A stretch of DNA of 64,000 nt from Octopus vulgaris (GCA_951406725.2 OX597831.1:28830001-28894000), one strand, 5' to 3'; shown: positions 28,544 to 42,019, counted from the stretch's first letter. The notes: generated by a model not told the origin, from the sequence alone. Numbers and translations: made by a program.

Positions 28544-29212
28544 GGTGCTAAGGAATGTACGAAAGAAGTCAACAATTTTCCGCACTTTCGCTATAACATA
28601 TCTTTATCATTGTCACACTGGCTTCAGCGCATGGGTGCTTATAGTTTGTGGTCACGTGATCGAAGTTTGAGCCTGATCGTGCCATTTTTCTCCGTTATCA
28701 ATGTGCACCAAAGAGGAGTGATCCGATTTCTCTGGAAAAGGGGTGTACGATCAGCTGCAAGATACAGTGCTTTGCTGGTCAACAAACTGAAGCCAGCAAT
28801 TCACACCAAACGGCGAAGTCTATTGCCGAAGAAAGTTTTGCCTTTGCATGACAATGCACGCCCACACACGGCCGCCCAGACCGTTGAAACCATGAACCAA
28901 TTGGGTTTTGAGGTGCTGGAACACCCTACCCACAGTGCAGATCTCATCCCTTCCGACTATTATATCTTTGGAAGGCTCAAAGATGATATACGAGGTCGTT
29001 GATTTCCTACAGATGAAGATGTGAAGGAAGCGGTGCACAAATGGTAGAACGATCAAACCTTCTTGGAAGAAATGCGTAAGATTGTGGACCGCTGGACCAA
29101 GTGCGTCGAAAAGGAAGGCGATTATATGGAAAAATGACGTATTTTTTTATCCCCTGCTTTTGTGTAAATACATTGACAAAACAAGAGTGCGTATTTTTTA
29201 CTCTCCGTCGTA
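28541..29212 (+). mobile_element. Internally deleted mariner (D,D34D) transposase remnant
   Basis: ORF 28610-29002 contains LHDNARPHTA and HPTHSADLIPSDYYIF (YSPDLAPSDY-like). Confidence 0.85.
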
Positions 29213-29222
29213 ATTCAAAGAG

Positions 29223-29563
29223 CAGTGGTTCCCAAACTGGGGTCCGCAAAAGTAGTAGTAGAGTCCGTGAACTAAGTTCATATTGTTTATTTCTTCTCGA
29301 GCTATGCCTGGCTCATAAGGGCCGGTTTCCCGGTTTCTTTGGCACATAGGTTCCCTACCATGACGGGACGCCGGTCCGTCGCAGGTGAGCTGCAAGATGC
29401 AGGAGGAAAGAGTGAGTGGAATTTGTGGCGAAAGAGCCGCGTGGAGCTTAGCTGCTTCGCTCATAAACACACACATCACCCGGTCTGAGATTCGAACCCG
29501 CGATCTCTCGACCGCGAGTCCGCTGCTCTAACCACTAGGCCATGTGCCTTCACACAAACACAA

Positions 29564-29604
<41 letters not shown>

Positions 29605-29733
29605 CATACATACATACATACATACATACATACATACATACATGCATACATACATACATACATACATAAGGATAAGCATATTAAAAGAGGTCCGTAGGAA
29701 AACTCATGTAAATAAAAGGGCTGGGAACCACTG
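29223..29733. mobile_element. hAT-family MITE with nested minus-strand SINE and microsatellite
   Basis: CAGTGGTTCCCA / TGGGAACCACTG termini; SINE at ~29285-29552 inside; TSD not clean. Confidence 0.7.
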
Positions 29734-30769
29734 CAATAGACCAATAGTATAAAATTAGATGATTATGTTAAAGAGATACTGAATGTTTTACACAAAGCTA
29801 TTCTTATTTAGAAAAATTTATTTCAGACTTCAAAATAGAAAAATAACCCACCTAGCGGCAGTTGTTGCTAACGCTGAAAGAAGAGGGGAGGTAATTACAA
29901 TACCGTATGAGAAAATTTTTGTATCTAGTATAGAGAAAATCTAGTCTTTGACAGAGCGTATATTTTTAATACATTTATATTTTGAGAATAATAGGGTCGA
30001 TTATTACATAGTTTTAAGGTACCAATCATTGGTTCACTGTATTTATGACGGCAAGTGTGTTAAGGGACTTGTTGCGTAACTAAATACAGAATAACTACTG
30101 GAAAATGCGGAGATCGATTTATTCAGCAAAACCCATTAAGATGCTGCCTTAGTAAGGCCGCTATCAAGAGAGCCAGCCAGCCAGTCAGACAGACAGACAG
30201 ATTGTGTGGGTAGAGAAGGAGAGAAACAGAGAGGGGGCGACTATTAAGATAGAAAGGTAAGGGACATATGCCCATCATTAATGAACTCAAGTTAGATTTA
30301 AACATTTTACGTTCGTTTAACATTAGGGATGGCCGCAGTCAAATGACTGAAACAAGTAAAAGAGAGAGAGAGAGAGAGAGAGTATTGGTTTCAAAATTTG
30401 GCACAAGGCCAGCAACTAAGTTGATTACGACGGTCCCAGTGCTCAATTGATACTTATTTTATTGACCCTAAAAAAAGGTAAAAACAGGCGAAGTCGACTT
30501 CGGCGAAATTTGAACACGAAACGTAAAAACCTATGAAATGCCGCTAAGCGTTTTGCCCGGCGTGCTAACGATTCTGCCAGCACACCATCTTCATGATAAA
30601 TAAAATATGTTACCAGTCAACTACGGGGGTAGATTGTGTTGATTAACACCCATTCATCCATCCATCATCTCCGCCCACTATTCCTGGAAGAGTCATGGTG
30701 GTAGAGTCCTCAGACAACTGCTCCATTGGGTCCAATCAGAAGTAATCATCATTTACACTTTTCAGTTGG

Positions 30770-31035
30770 ATTCCCAAGTGTTATCAACTGAGCCCATTGA
30801 TATCATCCAACCATCTCGTTCTTGGTCTACCCACAAGGTCTGCTGTTGGTTGGTTCGTCTTAAAGAATCCGTTTTGCGATTCTTCTCAGTGACATTCTAA
30901 CCACATGTCTGTAGTATCGGAGTTGTGACCTCTCAATGCAGAGAAGCAGCGGCTCAACCCGGAAAGACTTCCTGATCTCCGAGCTACGCATTCTGTCGAA
31001 TAACGTCACGCCGGAGATCCCTCGAAGGTACCCCT
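30770..31035 (-). mobile_element. Degenerate RTE LINE ORF2 C-terminal fragment
   Basis: Minus strand reads GYLRGISGVTLFDRMRSSEIRKSFRVEPLLLCIERSQLRYYRHVVRM...RPRTRWLDDI. Confidence 0.75.
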
Positions 31036-31389
31036 ATTACGGCCCCGTTTATTCGCGATCGAACTCCTTTCGGTCATTACCCAATATTCATGATTATAAT
31101 ATTTATGATAATCGTACCCAATATTTATGATTATAAGGGAGGAAAGCATAAAAAAAATCGAATTGAAGACAACAAGTTTGACTATATCCGCCCCTCAAAA
31201 CCGCTGGCATTGCGTCAATGTTAACAACCATTAAGAAAGGGGGAAAACTATTTGTCCGTTTGAGAACGACGAATTTTCCATTGAATGGGTCGAGTAGTCA
31301 AGCTTTTTAAACTTGTTTCAGCCATTAGAATGCGGCCATGTTGGGGCACCTCCTTGAAGGATTTTATTCGAACAAATCGGCATTGGTAC

Positions 31390-31467
<78 letters not shown>

Positions 31468-31610
31468 CCATCGGTGTCTTTTGCTGAGCTGCTAGGTTAA
31501 GAAGACGTAAAAACAGCAACACATGTTGTCAAGTGATTACACACACACACACACTCGCGAGCGCACGCACACACATGTATGTATGCATGCATATATGTAT
31601 GTATGTGTGA

Positions 31611-31641
<31 letters not shown>

Positions 31642-32200
31642 TGTATGTATGTATGTATGTATGTATGTATGTAGGTATACGACGATCTTCTTTCAGTTTC
31701 CATCTACCAAATCCACTCACATGGCATTGGTTGGCCCGGGCTCATAGCAAAGGACGCTTGTCCAATATGACTGAGCAGTGGGACCGAACCCGAAACCATG
31801 TGGTTGGAAAGCATTCCTCCTATTATTCGAAACTTTTGTTATTTATGACAAAATTATCATAATATATTCAACCACAGTGAATTATAAGAATGTTGATATT
31901 AACTTTAATAGTTAAACATTAATATCAATAGTTACATATTAATAGTTAAGATTTAATATTAATAATTATAGTTTAACATAAGCCAGGATGCTGGGTTGGT
32001 AGAATGGACAGAAAGAACATCGAAAAGTACCGCGCAGTAAAACATTTATATCAATATTTCTAGTTTCCCAGTTGTATAATGGCGAGAGTTATGTCCTCTT
32101 AGTTGACGTTATCACATCAAATAATTCGATGTTAATTTATCATTTCTCGATAAATACCGATGAAGTATTAAAATCGAGATCGACAACTATCACACACACA

Positions 32201-32264
<64 letters not shown>

Positions 32265-32574
32265 ATATTTATGTCAGATCTTATTTAACAGCCAAACACA
32301 CTGGCGCTGAGGTGTCACACTACAGTTATTCCCCTTTACAGTATTGACTTTCAACGTAGCAAAAATCAAAAGCGCTTTGAATTTGTACCGAGGCTTAGTA
32401 ACTTTCAAATTATTTTCGTAAGGAAGTCGATGCCTGATACGGCCTTCGACGATACTGTATTCTCTTTAACATCTTTGAGACGGCAGTAACAGACACATTC
32501 TTTCAGGTGTTCAGTTGATCAAGAGTACGTTCTCATACGCGAAGCCGGGAAGGCGGCGAGCTGGCAGAATCTTT

Positions 32575-32971
32575 GGTACTTTTTGGTAATCTAATCCACA
32601 TTAAAAATTTGGGTTATCTGCCCCAACTAAAAAAAAAAATTGTTTAACCCTCAATAAAACAAAAAAGAATGAAAAATTAATAAACGTGAAAAGTGAAAAG
32701 ATTAAATATCTAATTGAATCTGATAATATTTTTATAACAAATCATACAAAACTGAAAAAATTAATTAACAGGAAAACTAAAAAAATTAAATATCTTAGTG
32801 AATCTGATGACAGTTTTATAACAAATCATACCATGCCTGTTGAAGCGGCTAAACGTCAACTCTTTTAATCAAATCTTTTGTCGTCACGTAAAACTCAATG
32901 TTTTAGTGGGGAGATAACCCAATTTTTTAATGGCAATTTTTTTAATGGGGTTAAGATAACCAAAAAGTATC
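32575..32971. mobile_element. Merlin-like MITE inserted into a SINE head
   Basis: TIR GGTACTTTTTGGTAATCT / AGATAACCAAAAAGTATC; perfect 8-bp TSD GAATCTTT (32567-74, 32972-79); internal ~50-bp direct repeat. Confidence 0.75.
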
Positions 32972-34972
32972 GAATCTTTTGCCCGCTGGTTAAAATGCTT
33001 AGCAGCATTTGTCCGCCTGTACATTCTTAGTTCAAATTCCGCTGAAGTGAACTTCGCTTTTGATCCAGTCGGGATTATATAAAATAAGTATCTGTTGGGT
33101 CAACTTTGCCTTTTATCCAATCGGGATCTCTGAAATAAATACTTGTTGAGAACTGGGATCGGTGAAGTCGATTAAATCCCTCCCGCAGAATTCCAAGCCT
33201 TGTCCCTGTAATAGAAAAGGTTATTGCGGACCAGGTTCTGAGTCTCCACTTGTAGATAGGAATAGAACTTCTTCATTATACGACTGCAAAGAGGAGATAA
33301 GAAACTGGGAGAGGGAAGTTTTGATGTCTTCGAAGCAGCAGAAAAATAGAAGACTGTGTGAGAGAGCGACGTCCCCGAATCTCTATTACTTGAAGTTCTT
33401 TCCCCTCGTTAGGGACCATTTCTCATTGTTTTATAGTTAGCTATTGGTATGTGTACAAGGCGGCGAGCTGGCAGAATCGTTAGCAGGCCGGGCAAAATGC
33501 TTAGCAGTATTTCGTCTGCCGCTACGTTCTGAGTTCAAATTCCGCCGAGGTCGACTTTGCCTTTCATCCTTTCGGGGTCGATGAATTAAGTACCAGTTAC
33601 GCATTGGGGTCGATGTAATCGACTTAATCCGTTTGTCGTCCTTGTTTGTCCCCTCTGTGTTTAGCCCCATGTGGGTAGTAAAGAAATAAGTATTTCATCT
33701 GCCGTTACGTTCTGAGTTCAAATTCCGCCGAGGTTCACTTTCATCCATTTGGGGGTCGTTCAATTAAGTACTAATTGAATACTTGTCAACGTAATCAACT
33801 ATCCCCCTCCCCCAAATTTCAGGCCTTGTGCCCATAATAGAAATATTGGTATTTGTACATCTGCTTCCTCAAAGCAACCCTAGATTATGTTATCTTTAGT
33901 CCTTGTACTGTTGCCCTCAACGTCTTCGGTCCTTTTGTTGTTATTGCGGAATTTCTTATAGCTCTTTAACATTCTGAGCTCAAACGCGGCCGACGTCGAC
34001 TTTACATTTCATCCTTACAGGGTCGATAAAATAAGTACCGGTTGAACACTGGGATCGATGTATTTAACTAATCGACGAACCATCTATTAAAATTGCTGGC
34101 TGTGTGCCAAACTTTGAAACCAAAGGCGTCGATTGGCTGAATCATTAGTACGCCGGACTGAACGCTTAACGGTATTTCATCCGTTTACATGTTCAGGGTT
34201 GAATTCCTCCGAGGTCGACTTTGCCTTTTATCCTTTCAAATGTTGGTAAAATAAGTTCCAATTGAACATTGGACTCGATGTAATCGACTGACTCCGCTCC
34301 TCTAAAATTGTTTTGTGTCAAAATTTGAAACCATTCTTTGAGGCCAGGATGGTGTTCCGACATTTTTGTCAGATATGAAATCACAGAAAGGCCAGTACTA
34401 TATGAATACCAGTCCTACCTACATATGCAATATGCTACTTGTGTCCCATTACCCACATGTGTCACATGATGACCCTCTTTCCTCTTCATATTCGTCTGTC
34501 TGAGCTACGACGACCATTTAGTCATCCTAAAAGATGACTGATGACTTGAGCGGAGATTTTGTTTAAAATGAAGATAAGTCGTTCACTGTCACTCTCACTC
34601 TTTCATCTGTGACCATCTTCAATCCAGCTGCATGACCAGATCAAAGCAACTTGGGATGGACATGGATACAGTGGATAACGATGACGTCTTACTTATATGT
34701 CCACATCTTTCTCTCTGGCGTCACAATGCGTTGATGCGACGACCGCTTTCCTCTCCATTCAACCATAATTGTTTCTTCCACAGAATCTGCTGGATCCAGT
34801 CTTCAATTGCATACATAGTCAAGCCCTAATATGTTGATTAACCTCTAGCTGGGAGCCTGATAAGTGCTAAAATGTTGTGCCAGAGTAGACATAGAAAACA
34901 ATAATGACTTCAAGGTGGTTCCACATTCTTGAAAACCAGAAGCTGTTTAAAGTTACACATGCGCACACGCAT

Positions 34973-35008
<36 letters not shown>

Positions 35009-35200
35009 GCACAAAAACACACATACATACATACATACATACATACATACATACATACATACGTACGTACATACATGTGTCGACTTTGAAGGGCCATGCG
35101 AAATACAACAGGATTTAGAAATACAGTGCTAATGTTTGAATGTTTACACTATGGACTACGTCAGTTTGTAAGCCAGAAAATGTACACACGTACACACACC

Positions 35201-35346
<146 letters not shown>

Positions 35347-35490
35347 TGGAGTTGAATGACATTCAGATCATTGAGAGTAATTTGAAATGTCTTGAGTTTA
35401 TACAAGTTTGTATACCGTAGTTATGCAAGAGGTATTTGATGTTTGGTAGGGTTGTACTTTCGACTGATAGGAAGAAACGAGAGATAAAGA

Positions 35491-35548
35491 GGGCTGACAA
35501 ATTTTGAGGTTGACGAAGGGACAATCCTCCGAAACGTCAGTTTTCTCT
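35491..35548 (+). ncRNA. Degenerate Penelope-type hammerhead motif
   Basis: TTGACGA-AGGG-ACAAT-CCTCC-GAAACGTC-AG at 35510-35540, in a segment that follows a long (TA)n tract. Confidence 0.45.
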
Positions 35549-35734
35549 ATGTTTTCGGCACTATACTAACATATCTCAATTCAGACTTCATAAAGGTTTG
35601 CCGTTGCCAATTTATAACAATATTGACCAAAAGTCTACAATGATGATGATGATGATGATGATGATGACGACGACGACGATGATGATGATGATGATGACAG
35701 TGGTGGAGTTGTAATGATTGCTAACGATGTATAC

Positions 35735-35781
<47 letters not shown>

Positions 35782-35785
<4 letters not shown>

Positions 35786-35952
35786 AATGAGAGGGATGAC
35801 CACTATGTGGACAACCCTTATGCTAGAAGTAGATCGACAAAGGTCTTACCACTTACCGCTATGATCTTACCACATCTCTTAGTGGTAAGACCATAGCGGA
35901 TCTACTTCTAGCATAAAGGTTGTCCACATAGTGGTCAACCCTCTTATTTGTA
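35782..35952. repeat. Inverted repeat (~54-bp arms plus inner 12-bp IR) at the edge of (TA)n
   Basis: TACAAATGAGAGGGATGACCACTATGTGGACAACC...GATC mirrored at 35899-35952. Confidence 0.9.
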
Positions 35953-36156
35953 CATAATACAGTTTATTGAACCTTCGGATTTTAGATACTAGGCCACTGG
36001 TATTAAATTAATGTTGATTTAATCAAATTAATATCCAATTTCTCACCCTCATTTCATATATATATATATATGATGTTGGTAGAGGTGATAATAATGGTGG
36101 TGGTGGTGGTGCTGCTGCTGATGCTGGTGATGATGATGACATTGGTGACAACAATC

Positions 36157-36195
<39 letters not shown>

Positions 36196-36199
36196 GTGG

Positions 36200-36231
<32 letters not shown>

Positions 36232-38700
36232 ATGAAGATGATGTTGATGATGTTGATGATGAAGATGATGATGATGTTATTGATGATGATGATGTTATTA
36301 ATGATGATGATGATGATGATGATGTAATATAGTATTACATGTTTTATAGTATTTGATGACAATGTCTAAAGATAATGTTTGATAATTTTCTTTTCTTTTT
36401 TCTTTTCTTTTTCTTTGTTTTTTTCTATTTCAAACCAAAATGTTTCATTCCTCATCTCACTTTCTCTGAAAATCTTTGACGTGTTTTTGTTATTTGTTAT
36501 TTTCTATTTTAAACTCCATGACGTATACGAAAAAAAAAAAAGAAGTCAGCCCAGTATATCACTGGTATTTTGTTTTATTTAACCCTGGCGTATAAAACCC
36601 GAAACTCAACACCCATCCACACACACCCACTAATATCACTAGTACTGTACATTATGCTGAAACATAAAGCAGCCTAGCTAACATACCACAACACATTGGT
36701 CAGGCGCTCTACCGAATCCATCGTCTTCTATTTGTTTCAGTCTTTAGATTATGACCGTGCTTGAAGTGTTTTAGTTGAATGAATTGCCCCAGCCCTCTGT
36801 TTTTTTTTTTTCAAGCCTGGTACTTATTCTATCGGTCAATTTTGCCGAACTGCTAAGTTACGGGGATGTAAACAAACCAACACATTTCAAAAGGATAGAT
36901 GGACAGACAGTAACACAAAGATACACATATATATATAGATGTATACATATTTGCATATATATATATATATATGTGTGATGGTCTTCCTTCAGTTTCCGGC
37001 TAACAAATCCATTCACAAGGCTTTCGTCGGTCAGCAGCTATATATAGTTGTAGACAGTTGCCGAAGGTGCCACGCGGGGGGACTGAACCCGGAACAATAT
37101 AGTTAGGAAGCCAATCTTCTTAGCACTGAGTCACGCATGCGCGTTAGTTTCTATTTTAGAGAAGCGGCGAATAGAGGAGAGATCGCAATGAGTATCGTGG
37201 CCTACGTGCATTCTTCTCTCCATTATCACTTCTAACGTTAGTTACACACACACCACAACACAACACATACGTTACATTATATCTTTTTATCCTTGGGATT
37301 AGCTTAAATATCACAAAATCCCTAATACTACTATTGTTATTACTTCCATCATCTCCGCATCTACTACTACTACTTCTACCACTACCAGTACTACAAGTGA
37401 CTCTTTCATATTAGTGGTTAGAGCAGCGAATCGTGGTCGTAGTATCGCGGGTTCGAATCTCAGACCGGGCGATGTGTATGTTTATCAGCGAAACAGCTAT
37501 GCTCCACGCGGCCCCGGCAGAAGGTAATGGCGAACTTCTGCTGACTCTTTCGCCACCACTTTCTCTCACTCTTTCCTCCTGCATTTTGCAGGTCACCTGC
37601 AACGGACCGGCGTCCCGTCCAGGTGGGGAGAGCCTATACGCCAAAGAAACCGGGAAAACGGCCCTATGAGCTAGGCGTGGCTCGAGAAGGAACAAACAAC
37701 TATTATTATTATTACTACTACTACTACTATGAATTATAAGTTAACCGTATTATTGCTCGGTCACCTTACGTCAATATTATAGGAATTAAGAAGGCTGCGA
37801 GGTGGCAGAAACGTTAACACGCAGGGCGAAATAATTTGCAGTATTTTCGTTGAGTTCAAATTCCGCCGAGGTCGACTTTACTTTTCATCCTTTCAGGTGT
37901 CGATAAATTAAGTAGCAGTTGGTGTACTGGAGTCGATCTAATCGACTGGCGCCATCCCTCAAAATTACAGGCCTTGTGCCTAGAGTAGAAAAGAATATTA
38001 TAGGTAAGAAAGCGGCGAGCTTGCAGAAACGTTAACACGCTGAGCGAAATTCTTAGCGGTATTTCGTCTGTCTTTACGTTGTGGATTAAAATTCTTCCGA
38101 GGTCGACTTTACCTTTCATCCTTTCAGGGTCGATAAATTAAGTACCAGTCGCGTACAGGGGTCGATCTAATCGACTGATTCCCTCCCCAAAAGTTTCGGG
38201 ACTTGTGCATAGAGTACAAAAGAGTATTATAGGAGTTAAGTCCCTTGCATAGATCGAGCACGTGAATGCGTTAGAGATAGAGGGGGAAGAGAGAGTATAC
38301 AGAGAAGAAGGAAGTAAGAATAGAGGGAGTAGAGAGAGGAATAGAGTACATGACAGAGAGAGAGAGTAGGAGGCAGGGAGTAAAAGAAGAGTTGATCAGC
38401 CACAGAATAATGATTATTATAAAGGAGATTGATACAGATAAATAACAGAAAAGGAACACAACTCAGTACTATGAAAATATATAATATATACATGCATATA
38501 TACATACATGTATGTATATATATTTTATCGTTTATTTTATGAGTGTTTCAGTCAGCGGACTGCGGCCGCGCTGGAGCACCGCCTTGGTGGGTTTTAGTCG
38601 AACAGATCGATTCCAGAATTTAAAGTCAGTACTTAATCTATCGACCTTTTTAGCAGGGATGTAAACACACCCACACATTTGGAGGGTCTTTAAGTTGGAT

Positions 38701-39722
38701 TTAACCCCTTAGAAACCAGTAGCCTTGCATTACTATTGTTTACGTAATGTAGATATGTTATTTTATGCAATGAATAAAAGTAATGGGTAACAAGTCTGGA
38801 TTAATTTGTAGTTTATTGATATAGAAAGTGAAAGTAAATTGTCCTAAAAATGAAAGAAAATGCGATTTAAACCGGAAGTGGTGGAAGTAGCACACCGTAA
38901 CATAATTTCGGTAAAAGAATATAAAGAACTCCTCATTGCACTATGTACACACTCACCAACATGTATAGTATATTTTAGTGATGTGGTAAGTATTTCAGAA
39001 ATAGCAGCTAAGGCCCCCGTTCCAACGTACTACGAAGGGGTGCTGAAAAGTTCCTGGCTTTAAGGGTGTCGCAAAAAGCCTGGTCGAAGGCCCAATCTTC
39101 CGAGTTCTTTTACAGGACTTAGAACACCTGAAGGATTGCTGCAATACGTATGTAAATCTGAGAGGGGAATGTGTTGAATAAAATCATAATTAACTGATCT
39201 TCCGGTATTTTCTTTTACCCCAAAAGCCAGCAACCTTTCGGTACCCTTTCGTATACCCATCACAGACACTACTGAGGTGGCAATTAGGTGGCTTTCCTGT
39301 TGACACCTAATAGCCATGCAATTATCCTTTGAGCAATGCTATACTCCTGCATAATTAATGAGTTGTGCAGAAAGAACTGATGGGAAGCGGTGGCTTGTTC
39401 CTGTGGATTCGTACGATCTATGCAAATGAACTCCTTTTTCCCCCTTTTTTTTTGTTTTTGAGAAGAGCTGTTTGACTGTATCAAGAATAATTCGACTGAT
39501 GTACATGGAAGCAAGAGAGTGCCAAATGTATTGTTTACATGAAATTATGGACTATCACTGTCGTCACTTCTGGTTTCGATAGCATTTTACTTTCATGTTT
39601 TTTAGGACGATATACTTTCACTTTTTTACGACGATAAAATGCATGTTAACGCAAGTCCGTCAACATTCTTGGTCTAAAGGCTACAGAGATTCTGTGTAAC
39701 AAAAACCAGACCAAAGCGTTGA
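38701..39722. mobile_element. Old element with long subterminal inverted repeats (possibly piggyBac-like), interrupted by the mariner MITE
   Basis: ~80-bp inverted homology between 38810-38885 and 39560-39645; left end TTAA-CCC; right end degenerate. Confidence 0.4.
39033..39251. mobile_element. Mariner-type MITE
   Basis: ~28-bp TIRs CGAAGGGGTGCTGAAAAGTTCCTGGCTT / AAGCCAGCAACCTTTCGGTACCCTTTCG with TA on both sides. Confidence 0.8.
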
Positions 39723-39789
39723 TCGTAAAAATAGTATCAGACTTATGATGCACGACGCAGGTTATTTGTTGGCTATGATGCAAGTTAAG

Positions 39790-39820
<31 letters not shown>

Positions 39821-39828
39821 TATATATA

Positions 39829-40471
39829 AATATGTTATAAAATATTATAATAATCCAGGTTTCTCGTAGCACTAGGCCACTTGGTGTGGAATAAATATAC
39901 TATTAAATTAGTATCTAATTCTCTCACCCTTATTAATTAATTATAATTATGCTGCATTTATTTCTAAATGCTGTATTTTGTTTTCCGTGAGAGTTTGGCG
40001 CGCTGTTGGTTGGGGCATTTGAATTATAACGTCCGATGTAATCAATTGAACCGCACGCGTAATTATCGTTATGGTAAAATCTGGCGTGTGATTGAGTGGA
40101 TTTCATCAAGATAGCCTTGGCTGAAGAGCTACAAATGGATTGCTGTAAGTAATATTACATTTAATTCATTAATAGCGAAACAATTGTCCCAAGATAATCT
40201 GTATTTTTGTTATTTTTTATTTGCCCTGTCCGTGTGAGCTAACAGTCGTACCGGCTTTCATGGGAAACATGTATTTTTCGTGGTTGAAACCTCTTGGATT
40301 AACTGGTGCTAGAGTGATCAATATAGTGAACACTCTCTTATATTTATTTTGTGAAAATATTATAATATGTTATAAAATATTATAATAATCCAGGTTTCTC
40401 GTAGCACTAGGCCACTTGGTGTGGAATAAATATACTATTAAATTAGTATCTAATTCTCTCACCCTTATTAA

Positions 40472-40480
<9 letters not shown>
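39829..40480 (+). mobile_element. Penelope-like pseudo-LTR / retrozyme-like unit in (TA)n, with 117-bp direct terminal repeat
   Basis: 39829-39945 repeated at 40364-40480 (period 535 bp), flanked on both sides by (TA)n, and containing the hammerhead. Confidence 0.7.
40116..40193 (+). ncRNA. Minimal type I hammerhead ribozyme (intact core)
   Basis: Stem I CTTGG(40116-20)/CCAAG(40189-93); CTGAAGA 40121-27; stem II GCTA/TAGC with extended hairpin (AATGGATT/AATTCATT, TGTAA/TTACA); GAAA 40177-80; stem III C-AATT-G with palindromic loop; GTC cleavage triplet 40186-88. Confidence 0.85.
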
Positions 40481-40504
<24 letters not shown>

Positions 40505-40520
40505 CTGGCTATGACACATG

Positions 40521-40606
<86 letters not shown>

Positions 40607-40608
<2 letters not shown>

Positions 40609-41868
40609 GTGTGGAAGCAAGGGTTGGAATCAAAAGGCCTTAGAATAAATGTAGCAAAGACCAAAGTATTAGTAAGCAGCAAGAGGTACTCAGCACACAC
40701 ACCCTCGGGTAGGTGGCCCTGCTCAATCTGTAGGAAAGGTACAGGTAGAAACTCCATAAGATGCACCCAATGTAAGTTATGGACACATAAGAGATGCAGC
40801 AACATTAAAGGGAAATTAACAGATAAGATAGCTTTCATGTGCGGCAGATGCACAGGGACAATAGACACAACAGACACTCAGAAAACAGATTCCATCACAC
40901 TCCAGGGAGAGAAACTAGAAGTAGTTGATAGTTTCCGCTACCTGGGTGACCAAGTTAGTAGCGGAGGTGGATACACAGAGAGTATCACCACTAGAATACG
41001 AATAGCCTGGGCAAAGTTCAGAAAGCTCCTACCCCTACTGGCAACAAAAGGTCTCTCCCTCAGAGCGAAAGGTAGATTGTATGATGCATGTGTGCGAACT
41101 GCCATGCTTCACGGTAATGAAACATGGGCAGTGACTGCAGAGGACATGCGTAGACTTGAAAGAAATGAAGCTAGCATGATCCGCTGGATGTGTAGTGTCA
41201 GTGTGCACGCAAGACAGAGTGTAAGCATCCTAAGAGAAATGCTGGATATAAGAAGCATCAGATGTGGTGTGCAAGAGCGACGCTTGCGATGGTATGGTCA
41301 TGTGCTGCGGATGGATGAAGAGAGATGTGTGAAGAAGTGCCACTCCCAAACAGTTGAAGGTATCAGGGGGAGAGGTAGACCCAGGAAGACATGGGATGAG
41401 GTAGTCAAGCATGACCTCAGAGCATTGGGCCTCACTGAGGCAATGGCGAAAGACCGAGATCTCTGGAGATATGCTGTGACTGCAAAGACCCGGGCTGCTT
41501 TCTGCAGCAATTCCACATACCCCCTACCCATTCAAAGTACCCCGGATCCCCAAAGTATCCCAGATCCCCAAAGTACCCCGGATCCCCAAAGTACCCCGGA
41601 CCCAGTTGCCCCCGTGCCGCTGGCACGTTAAAAGCTCGAACCGATCGCGACCAATGCCGGACCCCCGGCCCCTGTGCAGGTGGCACGTAAAAAGCACCCA
41701 ATCCACTCACGGAGTGGTTGGCGTTAGGAAGGGCATCCAGCCGTAGAAACTTTGCCAAATCAGACTGGAGCCTGGAGCGGCCCCTGGCTTCCCAGACCCC
41801 GGTCAAACCGTCCAACCCGTGCTAGCGCGGAAAACGGACGTTAAACGATGATGATGATGATGATGATG

Positions 41869-41870
<2 letters not shown>
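40607..41870 (+). mobile_element. 5'-truncated RTE-clade LINE (C-terminal ORF2, 3' UTR, (GAT)n tail) inserted in (TA)n
   Basis: Open ORF 40609-41631 with GLRINVAKTKV, LEVVDSFRYLG, RLRWYGHVLRM and GRGRPRKTW motifs; tail GGACGTTAAAC(GAT)n at 41836-41870. Confidence 0.92.
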
Positions 41871-41910
<40 letters not shown>

Positions 41911-41930
41911 TGAGAGAGAGAGAGAGAGAG

Positions 41931-42019
<89 letters not shown>

